Of a stretch of 64,000 nucleotides of DNA, positions 48,698 to 64,000 are shown piece by piece. Within the stretch, counting starts at the first letter, position 1. Each line of letters starts with the position of its first letter. This DNA comes from Akkermansiaceae bacterium (lineage in GTDB: Bacteria; Verrucomicrobiota; Verrucomicrobiia; Verrucomicrobiales; Akkermansiaceae). The stretch spans positions 64,001 to 128,000 of the forward strand of contig JBPOGF010000009.1 of assembly GCA_051251915.1 (NCBI GenBank). The letters run 5' to 3'. The position numbers and the translations under genes are program-made. The notes under the pieces were generated by a model. It was not told the DNA's origin. It did no database searches and saw only the letters and a list, made by a program, of their open reading frames with translations.

Positions 48698-48789
48698 AAT
48701 TTTTAGCCTCTACCATTAGTCACCCTGTGAACGATAAGTAAAGTAAATATAACAAACTCACCTACTTACAGAAAACAACATCCCCTCCG

Positions 48790-49458
48790 CTACGACTCTA
48801 CAACCCCATCAGTAACCACTAGAGTTCTATTACCAAATCTAGCAAGACTAGTATCATGAGTCACCACCACAAGCGTCGAACCATCTTCATCCGAAAGCTC
48901 TAACAAAAGCCGCATCACCTCCGCTCCATTCTTAGAATCCAAGTTCCCAGTAGGCTCATCCGCAAAAATAATCTCAGGCTTATTCACCAGTGCTCTAGCT
49001 ATTGCCACACGCTGTTGCTCTCCGCCACTTAACTCAGCGGGAAGGTGATCTGAACGATGATCTAATCCCACTCGCTTCAATGCATCCAGCGCAGCCTGCT
49101 TATTCTGCTTCCCCCCTATTAAAGCCGGTATCAGCACATTCTCCACCGCCGTAAATTCTGGCAACAAATAATAGTTCTGAAAAATATAAGCCATCCGTGA
49201 GTTACGTAAAATAGACTGATGCTTCTTAGGCAGTTTATACAGATCTTCGCCATCAATGATCACCCGACCTCCATCTGGCTGCTCTAATCCCGCCAAAGTA
49301 TACATCAACGTCGTCTTCCCCGCACCACTAGGCCCACAGAGAAATACCTTTTCTCCTTTCTCAATCTCTAAATTGATCCCCTTGAGCACCTCCACACGTT
49401 TTTTACCGATGCTGTATCCTCTATGGACATTATCTGCTTTGATGAGTGCCTTATTCAT
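48790..49458 (-). CDS. ABC transporter ATP-binding protein (LolD/MacB-type)
   Basis: GPSGAGKTT, LSGGEQQRVAIARAL, ADEPTGNLD, VVTHD. Confidence 0.93.
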   Translation of the reverse strand: MNKALIKADNVHRGYSIGKKRVEVLKGINLEIEKGEKVFLCGPSGAGKTTLMYTLAGLEQPDGGRVIIDGEDLYKLPKKHQSILRNSRMAYIFQNYYLLPEFTAVENVLIPALIGGKQNKQAALDALKRVGLDHRSDHLPAELSGGEQQRVAIARALVNKPEIIFADEPTGNLDSKNGAEVMRLLLELSDEDGSTLVVVTHDTSLARFGNRTLVVTDGVVES

Positions 49459-49507
49459 ACCTATTTAGCTAAACGATAACACACCCATTAGCGACTAAAA
49501 AGGCGAC

Positions 49508-49542
49508 AAAAAAGACTGATCTCCGCTAAGAGATCAGTCTTT
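49508..49542 (-). terminator. Intrinsic terminator after OMP copy 2
   Basis: aaagactgatctc-cgctaa-gagatcagtcttt with T tail on the minus strand. Confidence 0.85.
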
Positions 49543-49588
49543 ATAGTTTTATTTATCCACACATTCTAAATGAGTGAAAAAGCAAGAC

Positions 49589-50200
49589 CTAGAAGTAGAA
49601 ACGTGTTCCGATCTTGATCGTCTTGTTGAAGTCATCTCCACCAGGGAATACATCATCAAATGCGTAATCAGCACCAATTGAGAATGAAAGCGCAAGGTTC
49701 TCTCTGATGAAATACTTCACACCAAGGTCGAGACCAAGTGCAATGGAATCTGCATCAAGAGCATCTGAATTGAGCTTCGCCCACTTGGCTGAAAAGCCTA
49801 CGAAAGGAACCCACTTAGTTTCGCCCACGAAGTTATACTCAGTGAAAAGTCCAAGCCCGAAGTTTGCATCACTCTCTTCACCTTGAACAGTAGTGGTGAA
49901 ACCAATCTGCCAGTTCTCCTTGAAGAAATAACCGTATGAAAGATTAAGGTTGTATGCGACATCATCTGCGTAATCAATGTTACCACTGAGACCAAATTCC
50001 TGAACTCCAACGCTAAGATTAGGGAGTGTTCCATCATTCATCTTGAGCATTTGCCCAGGAGTTGCCACTAAGCCTCTACCTGTGTCTGCTGTACCTTTAG
50101 CGAAAGCTCTTGCTCCGTCTGTAACAGAGTTTGCAGCCATTGCAGGCATAGCAAAAGCAGCAGTAGCCGCTCCGATCAACAATGTGTTTTTATATGTCAT
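49589..50200 (-). CDS. Outer-membrane beta-barrel protein, copy 2
   Basis: Start MTYKNTLL; barrel region differs from copy 1 at 4 residues. Confidence 0.88.
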   Translation of the reverse strand: MTYKNTLLIGAATAAFAMPAMAANSVTDGARAFAKGTADTGRGLVATPGQMLKMNDGTLPNLSVGVQEFGLSGNIDYADDVAYNLNLSYGYFFKENWQIGFTTTVQGEESDANFGLGLFTEYNFVGETKWVPFVGFSAKWAKLNSDALDADSIALGLDLGVKYFIRENLALSFSIGADYAFDDVFPGGDDFNKTIKIGTRFYF

Positions 50201-50381
50201 ATGTTTTATTGTGTTAGTTATTATTTTAGTGTTCTTAAAAAGGATCCCCCATGATGTTGAATCCTGAACGAGCGACACATTCCCACCAAGATTCCCATTT
50301 CGCAAATGAAATTCTATTTATTTTTCACCCTATAAGCACAGGAAAACTTGCACTATTTTTATAACTATCAATACTACCAAA

Positions 50382-51494
50382 ATGACTAACCGTGAGGCAA
50401 CTATAGCACTGAACATGCTACCCAAAATTGGCCCCGTTAAAGTGCGCAGACTCCTTGAAATCCTCGGCTCAGCAGAAGCCATTCTGAAGGCCCCCATAGA
50501 CTCCCTCACCCGCGCACCTGGAGTTGGTAATGAAACCGCCAAGATCATCACAACCTGGCAAGACCATATCGATCTCACCACTGAACTCGAAGAAGCCGCC
50601 GCCAGAGATCTCACCATCATCACCGAAGAAGATGACTCCTACCCCACCCCACTCCGCAACATGTATGATCCCCCTCTCGCCCTCTACATCTGGGGCAAGC
50701 TCTCACCTCGCGACAATCACGCCATCTCCATGGTCGGCTCCCGCAAAACATCCAACTACGGCAGAGAAACCGCCCGTAAACTAGCTCTCCAACTCGCATC
50801 CGCTGGCCTCACCATCATCTCAGGCATGGCACGCGGAATCGATACCTACTCACACGAAGGAGCCATAGCATCCGGCAAAAACGGCCGCACCATCGCAGTC
50901 CTCGGCTCCGGCCTAGGCCAGATTTACCCACCAGAAAATATGGCACTCGCAGAAAAAATAGCATCCTCACACGGTGCAGTAGTTTCTGAGTTCCCCATCC
51001 ATCAACAACCAGACAAGAAAACCTTCCCCATGCGCAACCGCATCGTCGCCGCCTGGGCTAACGCCACCCTCGTCGTCGAGTGCCCACAATGGAGCGGCAG
51101 CATGATCACCGCAAACCTAGCCACCGAAATGGGCAAACCCATCTACGCCGTCCCAGGCCCCATTGATCGCCCCACCTCCGCTGGCTGTAATCACCTCATC
51201 CGTGAAGGCGCCACCCTCGTCACCAAGGCAGAAGACATTCTAGATGACCTCACGGCTCTACCTCTAATAGACATCCCTCACCACGAGCCCACAACCCCGC
51301 AACCACCAGACCTCAGCACACTCAGCGAAACAGAAACCCTCGTCTATCACCAACTCAGCGCAGAAGAAATCACCATCGATCAGCTAGTCACCGCCACTCA
51401 ACTTAAAATGCCATCCCTCCTCCCAGCTCTCCTCACACTAGAAATGAAAAAAATAATAAAGCAACTCCCTGGCCCCCGATATAAAATCCGCTAA
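50382..51494 (+). CDS. dprA: DNA-processing protein DprA
   Basis: YDPPLALY, MVGSRK, SGMARGID, FPMRNRIV, SGSMITA, GCNHLIREGA, C-terminal wHTH. Confidence 0.96.
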   Translation: MTNREATIALNMLPKIGPVKVRRLLEILGSAEAILKAPIDSLTRAPGVGNETAKIITTWQDHIDLTTELEEAAARDLTIITEEDDSYPTPLRNMYDPPLALYIWGKLSPRDNHAISMVGSRKTSNYGRETARKLALQLASAGLTIISGMARGIDTYSHEGAIASGKNGRTIAVLGSGLGQIYPPENMALAEKIASSHGAVVSEFPIHQQPDKKTFPMRNRIVAAWANATLVVECPQWSGSMITANLATEMGKPIYAVPGPIDRPTSAGCNHLIREGATLVTKAEDILDDLTALPLIDIPHHEPTTPQPPDLSTLSETETLVYHQLSAEEITIDQLVTATQLKMPSLLPALLTLEMKKIIKQLPGPRYKIR

Positions 51495-51595
51495 ACATAA
51501 CGGTAAGGTAGGAGTCTAAAAGAAAACGGGATTTAAGATCAATCGACCCTAAATCCCGTAAAATGTTCCGACTCGTAGCAAGTCGGCTTTTATAA

Positions 51596-51892
51596 CTACT
51601 GAACTTTGCTAGTAGTGCCTTGCGCCTTGTACGCTTCTTCAGCTTTTTCTTTAGCTTTTCGCCCTTTCTTTATAAGGTCTTCACCATCTTCAATAGTTTC
51701 TTTCCCCTTCTTCTTCATCTTCTCCCCCTTCTTGATCATAGCATCACCTTTTTCCCAGGCCTTACCAATGTCAGCTACTGCATTGCCTTCAGAAGCAATG
51801 CGCGCACCAAGAGTAGAGTTACCAGTACCACAGCTAACAACAGCAAATGCGGAAGGGATAATGACGGAGAGTAGAGCTAGTTTATGATTCAT
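51596..51892 (-). CDS. Small helical lipoprotein
   Basis: Lipobox VVSC; KKG-repeat helical region. Confidence 0.7.
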   Translation of the reverse strand: MNHKLALLSVIIPSAFAVVSCGTGNSTLGARIASEGNAVADIGKAWEKGDAMIKKGEKMKKKGKETIEDGEDLIKKGRKAKEKAEEAYKAQGTTSKVQ

Positions 51893-52009
51893 AATTTGAT
51901 TGGTTAAATTTTGCGAAAACATAATTTAGTTCCAACGCTTGTCCAGCCCAAACTCATTGGCAATTTTCGATTTACACGTACGTCATAACACCATTATCTT
52001 TGAGTAAAT

Positions 52010-54334
52010 TTATTTGAGTAAATTTTCACCCCGGTTTTCTTCCTGGTGAATCGTGACTGGCCAGCCAGAGAACTGATTGTCGGGCTTACCATCAGTAGCA
52101 TCAATGAGGAAACGATAACATTCCATCGTGTATGTCTTCTTCTCAGTATCAATGGTAACAACCCCAAAACCACTACCCTTGTTATGCGCCATCTCATAAC
52201 GGTTCTTTGAGACCTTTCGAGGATTGTCCATCGGATTACCAATAGTATACACAAAGATTTTATTTCCAAAACCATCGAGATACTCCCCTGTATCAGCAAG
52301 CCCGTGTGCAGGTCTATTCTCATACGGCATCTTCAGCGCATCAGCCTTCCACCACCGCGGATAACCCACCGAAATCGCCGGCGTGCAAAATGACCAATTT
52401 GAATCACGCTGCTTCTCAACCCCATACTGCGTCAACGATGTCAGATGCTGGTCTCCATTAATGTGCAATGCCATCGATTCACGGATCAGATCAATCGCCC
52501 TGTTCCTTGGAGTCTGCGGCCAGCCACCAGAATCAAGATCACACTTCAAGTAACCTCGCGGGCTACCATGGTGCGTAGCCACACCAGCAAAAACCGTCTG
52601 AGTCAGCAGCACTTTCATATCATGCTTACGCCAATCCTTAGCCCACTTCTCAATGTACTGCTCTTGCCGTTCACCCAGTAACTCTAAACCAGGTTTATCC
52701 AGTGTCGTAGCATCATAATCTGACTTTGATATGTGATCAATCCTACCTCCACCTTTATTACCAGATTTCTCAGGTCCAGATTTCCACTGACGGTCTGCAA
52801 TAATGCCAAAGTTAACGCCTCCATACAACATATCGCCATAATAAACCGAGATATCTTGCTTGCAAGGAACCGGTGAAGCGAAGTCTGGATGATGTGAACA
52901 GTTCGTGCGGTGCACCGCATTGATCATCCTAGCCGGCTGCATATAACCTCCAGCACTAGGCCCCTTCACCTCCTTATTAATCGGAGCTCCTCCCTCGCCC
53001 CAAATATTGCCATGAAAAACATCATGATCATCAGGTAGACAAATCGTAGGCGCATTACGCATTGCATCACGGAATGCCCAACCGAACATATAAAACTTAC
53101 GTAAATAGTTATGGATCGCAGGAATAGCAGGCGAACGGATAATCCCATAGCCTCCATGTTGCTCATACAGCTGGTCACCAGAGAAATAAAGCATATCACA
53201 CTTCAGCTTCACCAGATTATCCGCCACTGGTTGATAAGGAAAACCCATCGCGTTCTGACAAGTAAGCGCCCCTATACGCAGCTCCTTCCCTGCTGGATCT
53301 GCAAGAATAGCCCCTTCCCAGAGGTAAGGTTTTTCTGATCCATCGCTATGCTTCTCCCTATAAACTAAACGATACGGAGTCAGAACCTTCGCGTCCCAAT
53401 TAGTAATGCGGATAGTCGCTGTCCATGCATCGCTATCAAGCCTTGCCTCCCCTGCTTTTTGCCAAACCCCATCTTTCTCGATTTCCAGCTCCACCTCTTG
53501 AGTATCCTCTACCCCCATAGGCCCAGTTAGAGCAGTGATCTTCATCACGTGCCCATCTGCATTACGATTGTCACTAAGTGAGTACATTGACCACAGAATT
53601 GGTCCAAACTGTCTCTCAGGATGATAGCTAAATGCATCTCCCGAAATTTGCCAATTCCTGAATTTACAACCATCTTTATCCATCTTCCCTGGACGATTAG
53701 CACTCTTATCTCCATCACTCGGGAAATGACTAACTACTGCAAAATTCCCGAGTAAGCTCTCAGCCTCAACTGAATTTGTAAGCATTCCAAGCTGAACGCC
53801 ATCAACCGGATTAGAAGCACTCAGACTCAACTCCATTTGTCCACCTACAGGCTTACCAATAAGTGTAATTTCTACATGCGCAGGAACTTCCCCCTTGAGC
53901 TCAAGATTCTTTTTACCAATGAATAATAACCGCCCATCAATCCCAATATTAAGCCCACTTTTAGAAAAACAACGAGCTCGATGGTCATTAATATCAGTAG
54001 TGATTCCCAACCGAAAGCCAGCTCCACCTTTATAGACATTCTTTTCAGGAAACTGGATCTCTGTAGACAGCGCAAACGGCTTACTAGAGTCACTTATCTC
54101 ATAGAGAAGTGAGTGGATATTACGATCCGCACTACTTGTCTGACACGCCGCCCACCCATCTTCAACGAGCCAGTCTTCCATTGGATTCGCCCAAAACCCT
54201 CCACCTAACCACATCTTGTCATGTGACAGATTCCATTGATCAATACGCGTCAGCTTACTCAACGAGGAAGCCGCCAAAAGTGTAGGAGTGCTAAACAAGC
54301 TCGTTAGCAGAGTTAGAAAATGTCTTCGTTTCAT
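52010..54334 (-). CDS. Tat-exported PhoD-like metallophosphoesterase
   Basis: MKRRHFL twin-Arg; GDQLYE, PDDHDV, GDQH metal-binding motifs. Confidence 0.85.
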   Translation of the reverse strand: MKRRHFLTLLTSLFSTPTLLAASSLSKLTRIDQWNLSHDKMWLGGGFWANPMEDWLVEDGWAACQTSSADRNIHSLLYEISDSSKPFALSTEIQFPEKNVYKGGAGFRLGITTDINDHRARCFSKSGLNIGIDGRLLFIGKKNLELKGEVPAHVEITLIGKPVGGQMELSLSASNPVDGVQLGMLTNSVEAESLLGNFAVVSHFPSDGDKSANRPGKMDKDGCKFRNWQISGDAFSYHPERQFGPILWSMYSLSDNRNADGHVMKITALTGPMGVEDTQEVELEIEKDGVWQKAGEARLDSDAWTATIRITNWDAKVLTPYRLVYREKHSDGSEKPYLWEGAILADPAGKELRIGALTCQNAMGFPYQPVADNLVKLKCDMLYFSGDQLYEQHGGYGIIRSPAIPAIHNYLRKFYMFGWAFRDAMRNAPTICLPDDHDVFHGNIWGEGGAPINKEVKGPSAGGYMQPARMINAVHRTNCSHHPDFASPVPCKQDISVYYGDMLYGGVNFGIIADRQWKSGPEKSGNKGGGRIDHISKSDYDATTLDKPGLELLGERQEQYIEKWAKDWRKHDMKVLLTQTVFAGVATHHGSPRGYLKCDLDSGGWPQTPRNRAIDLIRESMALHINGDQHLTSLTQYGVEKQRDSNWSFCTPAISVGYPRWWKADALKMPYENRPAHGLADTGEYLDGFGNKIFVYTIGNPMDNPRKVSKNRYEMAHNKGSGFGVVTIDTEKKTYTMECYRFLIDATDGKPDNQFSGWPVTIHQEENRGENLLK

Positions 54335-54538
54335 AATCAGTATACTAAATTTCGTAGCCATCTCTTACGAGAAAAACATCATCCCCCTACTCTAAAGGCA
54401 ACCTCTCGCACACAACAATGCTCCCCAGCCCATAGGGTAGTTTAAAACTCCACCTCATAAAATGAGCTAGAGTAAAACAGTTCTAGAGAATAAACGACGG
54501 CGATGTGCGCTGCCAGAGCTTGCCTAAACTAACTAGAA

Positions 54539-55453
54539 TTACGCATCAATTTTTCTGTACGCCGCAATCAAAGCATCAAGGCCCTCTTTGCCTTTCCCTT
54601 TGACTCCGTGCTCCAAACCAATGACACCATTGTAGTCCACTTTGCGAAGCCACTTAGTCACGGCACCTAAATCCAGATTACCCGTACCCGGCTCTTTACG
54701 CCCAGGGCTGTCTCCATACTGCACATATGCCACTTCATCCCATACAGCCTCGGCATTCTCGATCAATTTATCACCAAGTCCCATTTCCCCTTCATGGTAG
54801 AAATCAGCAAGAAGCTTACAGGATTTACGGTTCACTGCTTTACAAAGCTTGTGCCCATGCGCGAAAGTTTGCAAGAGAGGCTCAGCCTTCCTCATTGGAT
54901 GTGAAATAGGCTCATTACATAAAATAATACCATGCTCCTCAACGAGGTCACAGTGATGCTTCACTGTATCAGCCACTTTTATAATCTGCTCATCACGAGT
55001 CATCTTATTTCTGTTCCCTGGCACGTAAGTCATCGTTCCTTGGTTAGTCGCTTTGTTTAGTTCTATCCCTAGCTTTAGGTCAGCCTCTAACGTTGCCTTC
55101 TGCTCTGCAGTTAAGTTACTAAAGTCAAATCCCTTGCCCGCCGTGATAACAGAGACTCCCATTGTCATCTTCTTATCCTTACAGAACTCACCTACCACAT
55201 CCCAAATTTTACGATCTTTACTCGCCAGATAATTATCCTCCCACGCACGAAATCCATGATCATACGCAAACTGCATCTGGTCCTTATACCCACCTGGTGA
55301 AGTCGCTAGCATTCCTAGATGTGGGGCGAATAACGCCTTAAACGGAGCTGCTTTTACCGCAACCGCGGCTTTCTCTTCAAAGGCATTTGCTATGGCCACA
55401 GGTCCAGCGAGTGCGCCGGCTATCGTGAGTTTGGTGAAATTTCTACGGTTCAT
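54539..55453 (-). CDS. Tat-exported xylose-isomerase-like TIM barrel protein (hydroxypyruvate isomerase family)
   Basis: MNRRNF twin-Arg; EP, DFYH, DSPGRKEPGTG, GLEH. Confidence 0.88.
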   Translation of the reverse strand: MNRRNFTKLTIAGALAGPVAIANAFEEKAAVAVKAAPFKALFAPHLGMLATSPGGYKDQMQFAYDHGFRAWEDNYLASKDRKIWDVVGEFCKDKKMTMGVSVITAGKGFDFSNLTAEQKATLEADLKLGIELNKATNQGTMTYVPGNRNKMTRDEQIIKVADTVKHHCDLVEEHGIILCNEPISHPMRKAEPLLQTFAHGHKLCKAVNRKSCKLLADFYHEGEMGLGDKLIENAEAVWDEVAYVQYGDSPGRKEPGTGNLDLGAVTKWLRKVDYNGVIGLEHGVKGKGKEGLDALIAAYRKIDA

Positions 55454-55584
55454 GATTCTAAAGTAAATAGTGTATGATTTTACAATACGTCCGAACCCTA
55501 CCACACGTTTCAAAAAGTTAAAAACCTTAACTTAGTATCTTCATCTCACATCCTAGCCAAAATAAAACCCTTTTCTACAGAGCG

Positions 55585-55620
55585 AAAAAAGCCCGAGCCC
55601 ACTTGCGTGGTCTCGGGCTT
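55585..55620 (-). terminator. Intrinsic terminator after rpoC
   Basis: aagcccgag...ccac-ttgc-gtgg...ctcgggctt with A6 on plus (U tail on minus). Confidence 0.85.
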
Positions 55621-55651
55621 ATGAATTATTTCTTTAGTATAGAGTCACTTC

Positions 55652-59875
<4,224 letters not shown>

Positions 59876-59954
59876 GTGATTTTGATTAGTTATTTGTTAT
59901 AAGTTAATTGGTAATTGAGGGTGACTCACGCCACCCTTTTGGTTTGTGTTGAGT

Positions 59955-62900
59955 TTAGAGAGTGAGATCGTCTAGATTGAAATCATCATTGTCGATCTTG
60001 CTCTGAGCATCCTGCTTGGCTACGAGCCCTTTACCTGGTCTTACGTCTAGGCCGAGTGACTGCATTTCCTTCATGAGAACGTTGAATGACTCAGGAGTTC
60101 CAGCCTCTAGGTTATTATCGCCTTTGACGATAGCTTCATAGATTCTAGTTCTTCCTTGGACATCATCAGACTTCACTGTGAGCATTTCCTGAAGAGTGTA
60201 AGCAGCGCCGTATGCTTCAAGCGCCCACACCTCCATCTCACCGAATCTCTGACCACCATACTGTGCCTTACCACCCAGCGGCTGCTGAGTAACAAGTGAG
60301 TAAGGTCCCACAGCACGTGCGTGGATCTTGTCAGCAACTAGGTGACCGAGCTTCAGCATGTAGATCATACCTACCACTACTGGCTGGTGGAATGCGTCTC
60401 CAGTGCGTCCGTCATAGAGAGTGGATTTACCACCTACTGAGCCGTCCTTACCGTCGCCGATCCATGTGTAACCTGCTGTTTCTGGCTCACCCTTCTCGCG
60501 TGGACGAGCTTTGCCTTTGCCATCGCCGACTAGTTTCACTCCGTCCACTTTCTTAGCTTCAGTCATGAATTTCCAGATTTCAGCTTCAGGAATACCATCG
60601 AAAATCGGGGTAGCCACTGTGAATCCGAGCGCCTTAGCAGCAACACCGAGGTGAGTCTCAAGAACCTGTCCTACGTTCATACGAGATGGAACACCAAGTG
60701 GGTTCAAACAGATATCAACTGGAGTTCCGTCTTCTAGATAAGGCATGTCCTCTTCAGGCACTACAATCGCGACAACACCTTTGTTACCGTGACGTCCAGC
60801 CATCTTATCACCTACAGAAAGCTTACGCTTCTTAGCAACATAGACTTTTACTTCCTTAACTACGCCTGGATCTACTTCGTCACCAGATTCCATTTGATCA
60901 AGTCTACGCTCACGATCTGTGTCTAGCTCCTGGAAACGACCTTCGAATGAAGAGATGATCTCAAGGATCTTGTTACGGATCGGTGATGGATCGATTTCAA
61001 TATGATCGTGGATCGCTGCCAACTTACGAAGAAGTGTCTTAGTGATCTTACGGTTAGCCGGGATGATGATCTCACCTGACTGCGCGTTTACCACATCAAG
61101 AGGGATCTTTTCACCAAGTAGGATGTCAGAAAGCTTCTCAGTGAGCTGGTCAGTGAGTGCGTCTTTCTTCTTCTTGTAGTCAGTGTTGATCTTCTTGAGC
61201 TGCTTCTTCATCTCCTCTGGGTTACCGCCGTCGCCTTTACGCTTAGCAAGTCCATGAGTAGAAATACGAATGTCCTGAACGATTCCGATTGTTCCAGAAG
61301 GAACACGGAGTGAGGAGTCCTTCACGTCTGCTGCCTTCTCACCGAAGATCGCACGGAGAAGTCTCTCTTCCGGTGCTAATTCAGTCTCAGACTTAGGAGT
61401 GATCTTACCTACGAGAATATCGCCAGGCTTCACCTCAGCACCAATGCGGACAATACCGTCATGGTCGAGATTCTTCAGAGCTTCTTCACCAACGTTTGGA
61501 ATGTCACGAGTGATTTCTTCAGGTCCTAGCTTTGTATCACGTGCGATACACTCATACTCAGAGATGTGGATAGAAGTATAAATATCTTCTTTCACTACTC
61601 TCTCAGAGATAACGATAGCATCCTCGAAGTTATATCCGTTCCAAGGCATGAATGCCACGAGAACGTTACGACCAAGAGCTAGCTCACCGTTTTCAGTGTT
61701 CGGGCCATCAGCCATGCACTGTCCGATTTTCACCTTATCACCACGCTTAACGATTGGCTTCTGGTTCATACAAGTTCCTGCGTTTGAGCGCATGAACTTA
61801 CGGAGTGGGTAAACGAAGATTCCGTTTGCAGGGTCACTCTTCACTGATGTTGTATCAGAAAGGAATGCCTCATCGCTCACAGGAAGCTCACCGTCTTTAG
61901 TAACGACGATCATTTCACCCGTAGATGCGGCTACCACACCGTTTGACTCAGAAGTGATCACAGCGCGGGAGTCAGCTGCTGCCTTTGCCTCTAGACCAGT
62001 TCCCACAAGAGGAGCATCTGATACAAGAAGTGGCACGCCTTGGCGTTGCATGTTTGATCCCATAAGTGCGCGGTTCGCATCATCGTGCTCAAGGAACGGG
62101 ATGAGACCAGCCGCTACAGAAACGAGCTGCTTAGGAGAAACGTCCATGTAGTGAACTTCATCAGGTGACATCTCAAGAAACTCACCACGCTCACGCGCTG
62201 TGATTCTCTTGTTGAGGAAATTACCCTTCTTATCAAGCGGGTTGTTCGCCTGTGCAATAAGGAAGTTTTCCTCGTTGTCCGCTGTGAGATACTCGATCTC
62301 GTCAGTGACGACACCTTTGTTTACTCTACGGTATGGAGTTTCAATAAATCCGAACTCATTGATACGTGCGTAAGTACACATGGAGTTAATTAGACCAATG
62401 TTTGGTCCCTCCGGAGTTTCGATCGGGCAGATACGTCCGTAGTGGGATGGGTGAACATCACGCACCTCGAAACCTGCACGGTCACGGTTAAGACCACCAG
62501 GTCCAAGAGCTGAGAGACGACGTTTGTGTGTCAACTCCGCAAGTGGGTTAGTCTGATCCATGAACTGTGAAAGCTGTGATCTACCAAAGAAATCTCTCAC
62601 TACTGCAGAAAGAGCCTTAGGGTTGATAAGCTTCTGAGGAGTCATACCTTCAATGTTAACATCAAAGAGAGTCATACGCTCTTTCACTAGACGCTCAGTT
62701 CTAGCAAGACCGACACGGCACTGGTTAGCAAGAAGCTCGCCAACTGCACGCACGCGACGTGATCCAAGGTGATCAATATCATCAAGAACTCCGTCACCCT
62801 TCTTACACTTAAGAATATACTTAACTGCGTGAAGGAAATCTTTTCCTACCATAGTACGCTCACCTGGCTCTACATCAATGTCGAGCTTAGTGTTGATCTT

Positions 62901-63938
62901 GTAACGACCCACACGTGTGAGGTCATACTTCTTAGGATCAAAGAACAAACGCTTGAGAAGTGCACGAGCGTTTGCCGCTGTCGGAGGATCTCCCGGGCGT
63001 AGCTTACGATACATGTCCTTAAGTGCTGACTCTTCGTCATGCGCAGGATCTTTCTTAAGTGACTTGAGGATGATCTCGTCTTGACGAGAATCAATCACTT
63101 CAATGTCCTTAACTTTAAGAGCAATTAGCTGCTTAACGACACCGATTGTAAGCGGCTCATACTTCTTAGCGATAACCACTTCACCGTCCATGATGTCTTC
63201 GAAAACAACGCGTGATGAAAGCTCTTCCTCATCCATCTTCGCTGAAAGCTTAAGTTTCTCAATGTCATAGAACTCCTCAACGATAGAACGTGTGTCAGGA
63301 TATCCAAGCGCACGAAGAAACGTAGTAGCAAGGAACTTACGACGACGGCGACGACGGTCGAGGTAAACGTAAAGTAAATCGTTAGTATCAAACTGTGTTT
63401 CTAACCATGATCCACGGTCAGGAATAATGCGGAATGAGAAAAGCTCTTTTCCGTTAAGGTGGTAAGATTTCTCGAAGCAGATACCAGGTGAACGGTGGAG
63501 CTGAGAAACAATAACGCGCTCAGCACCGTTTATCACGAATGTGCCACGGCGAGTCATCATAGGTAGCTCACCCATGTAAACACGCTCTTTCTTAGTGCCT
63601 GTCTCGTCTTTAAGCTTAAATGTAACGTAGAGAGAAGCACTGAAGCTCTCACCAGTCTGTAGTGATTCTAGCGCGGTAGCCTTAGGCTCCTCGATGTCGT
63701 AGTCAAGAAAACCTAGTTCAATTGTCTCGTCATAACTGTTAATAGGGAACACCTCCATTAGAACAGCCTGTAGGCCGGTTTCTATGCGCTGGCTAGCAGG
63801 CACATCTTTCTGGAGAAAATCCTCATAGGATTTAGATTGAACCTCAATAAGGTTTGGTGGTTCAATCGCTTCCTCAATGGATCCAAAGTAGAGTCTTTCG
63901 GGCATGGTATTAGTAGTTGGTTTGTCGGTTAGAGCCAT
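59955..63938 (-). CDS. rpoB: RNA polymerase beta subunit (start may be 63905)
   Basis: [51 protein letters not shown]. Confidence 0.99.
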   Translation of the reverse strand: MALTDKPTTNTMPERLYFGSIEEAIEPPNLIEVQSKSYEDFLQKDVPASQRIETGLQAVLMEVFPINSYDETIELGFLDYDIEEPKATALESLQTGESFSASLYVTFKLKDETGTKKERVYMGELPMMTRRGTFVINGAERVIVSQLHRSPGICFEKSYHLNGKELFSFRIIPDRGSWLETQFDTNDLLYVYLDRRRRRRKFLATTFLRALGYPDTRSIVEEFYDIEKLKLSAKMDEEELSSRVVFEDIMDGEVVIAKKYEPLTIGVVKQLIALKVKDIEVIDSRQDEIILKSLKKDPAHDEESALKDMYRKLRPGDPPTAANARALLKRLFFDPKKYDLTRVGRYKINTKLDIDVEPGERTMVGKDFLHAVKYILKCKKGDGVLDDIDHLGSRRVRAVGELLANQCRVGLARTERLVKERMTLFDVNIEGMTPQKLINPKALSAVVRDFFGRSQLSQFMDQTNPLAELTHKRRLSALGPGGLNRDRAGFEVRDVHPSHYGRICPIETPEGPNIGLINSMCTYARINEFGFIETPYRRVNKGVVTDEIEYLTADNEENFLIAQANNPLDKKGNFLNKRITARERGEFLEMSPDEVHYMDVSPKQLVSVAAGLIPFLEHDDANRALMGSNMQRQGVPLLVSDAPLVGTGLEAKAAADSRAVITSESNGVVAASTGEMIVVTKDGELPVSDEAFLSDTTSVKSDPANGIFVYPLRKFMRSNAGTCMNQKPIVKRGDKVKIGQCMADGPNTENGELALGRNVLVAFMPWNGYNFEDAIVISERVVKEDIYTSIHISEYECIARDTKLGPEEITRDIPNVGEEALKNLDHDGIVRIGAEVKPGDILVGKITPKSETELAPEERLLRAIFGEKAADVKDSSLRVPSGTIGIVQDIRISTHGLAKRKGDGGNPEEMKKQLKKINTDYKKKKDALTDQLTEKLSDILLGEKIPLDVVNAQSGEIIIPANRKITKTLLRKLAAIHDHIEIDPSPIRNKILEIISSFEGRFQELDTDRERRLDQMESGDEVDPGVVKEVKVYVAKKRKLSVGDKMAGRHGNKGVVAIVVPEEDMPYLEDGTPVDICLNPLGVPSRMNVGQVLETHLGVAAKALGFTVATPIFDGIPEAEIWKFMTEAKKVDGVKLVGDGKGKARPREKGEPETAGYTWIGDGKDGSVGGKSTLYDGRTGDAFHQPVVVGMIYMLKLGHLVADKIHARAVGPYSLVTQQPLGGKAQYGGQRFGEMEVWALEAYGAAYTLQEMLTVKSDDVQGRTRIYEAIVKGDNNLEAGTPESFNVLMKEMQSLGLDVRPGKGLVAKQDAQSKIDNDDFNLDDLTL

Positions 63939-64000
63939 TCTCTAGTCTCGCGTCTTAGGCTAGAAATTGGCGGTGAATGTGAATTTGTGGCCGGGGTCTG

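Noticed and set aside
50279..50298. Direct repeat ATTCCCA upstream of OMP copy 2 as a regulator site
   Set aside because: Only two 7-mers and not found upstream of OMP copy 1; compatible with chance
62480..62600. Rifampicin-resistance substitutions in RpoB cluster I (and streptomycin-resistance changes in RpsL)
   Set aside because: [26 protein letters not shown] and the RpsL KKPNSA / RVKDLP motifs carry the usual sensitive-type residues

Overview
Bacterial chromosomal segment, most likely Verrucomicrobiota (order Verrucomicrobiales; inferred from EF-G, RpoB and L2 sequence style plus PEP-CTERM and Tat-signal proteins). It holds a fragmented core transcription/translation supercluster. On the minus strand the order is rpoB-rpoC ... 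rpsL-rpsG ... fusA ... rpsJ-rplC-rplD-rplW-rplB-rpsS-[inserted secreted protein]-rplV, while rplA-rplJ-rplL, rplS and the frameshifted prfB lie on the plus strand. Accessory blocks fill the gaps: a GH105-type hydrolase, a MITE-like palindromic element, an unusual rmlA/rmlC/asnB/oxidoreductase cluster, an AbiE/Fic islet, an alpha/beta hydrolase followed by a decayed copy of the rpsG 3' end, a glycosyltransferase/coiled-coil pair and three PEP-CTERM genes. There is also an envelope module (MscK-like channel, SigX/CrfX/CmpX-like trio, CorA, ABC ATPase), most of which is bracketed by two inverted near-identical outer-membrane beta-barrel genes. The main non-coding signals are a shared 16-bp-spacer promoter with a dyad in front of rpsJ, fusA and rpsL, a candidate L1-binding leader, and a structured rplJ-rplL spacer. 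No rRNA, tRNA, CRISPR array or transposase was recognised. All family assignments come from motif recognition by eye, not database searches.
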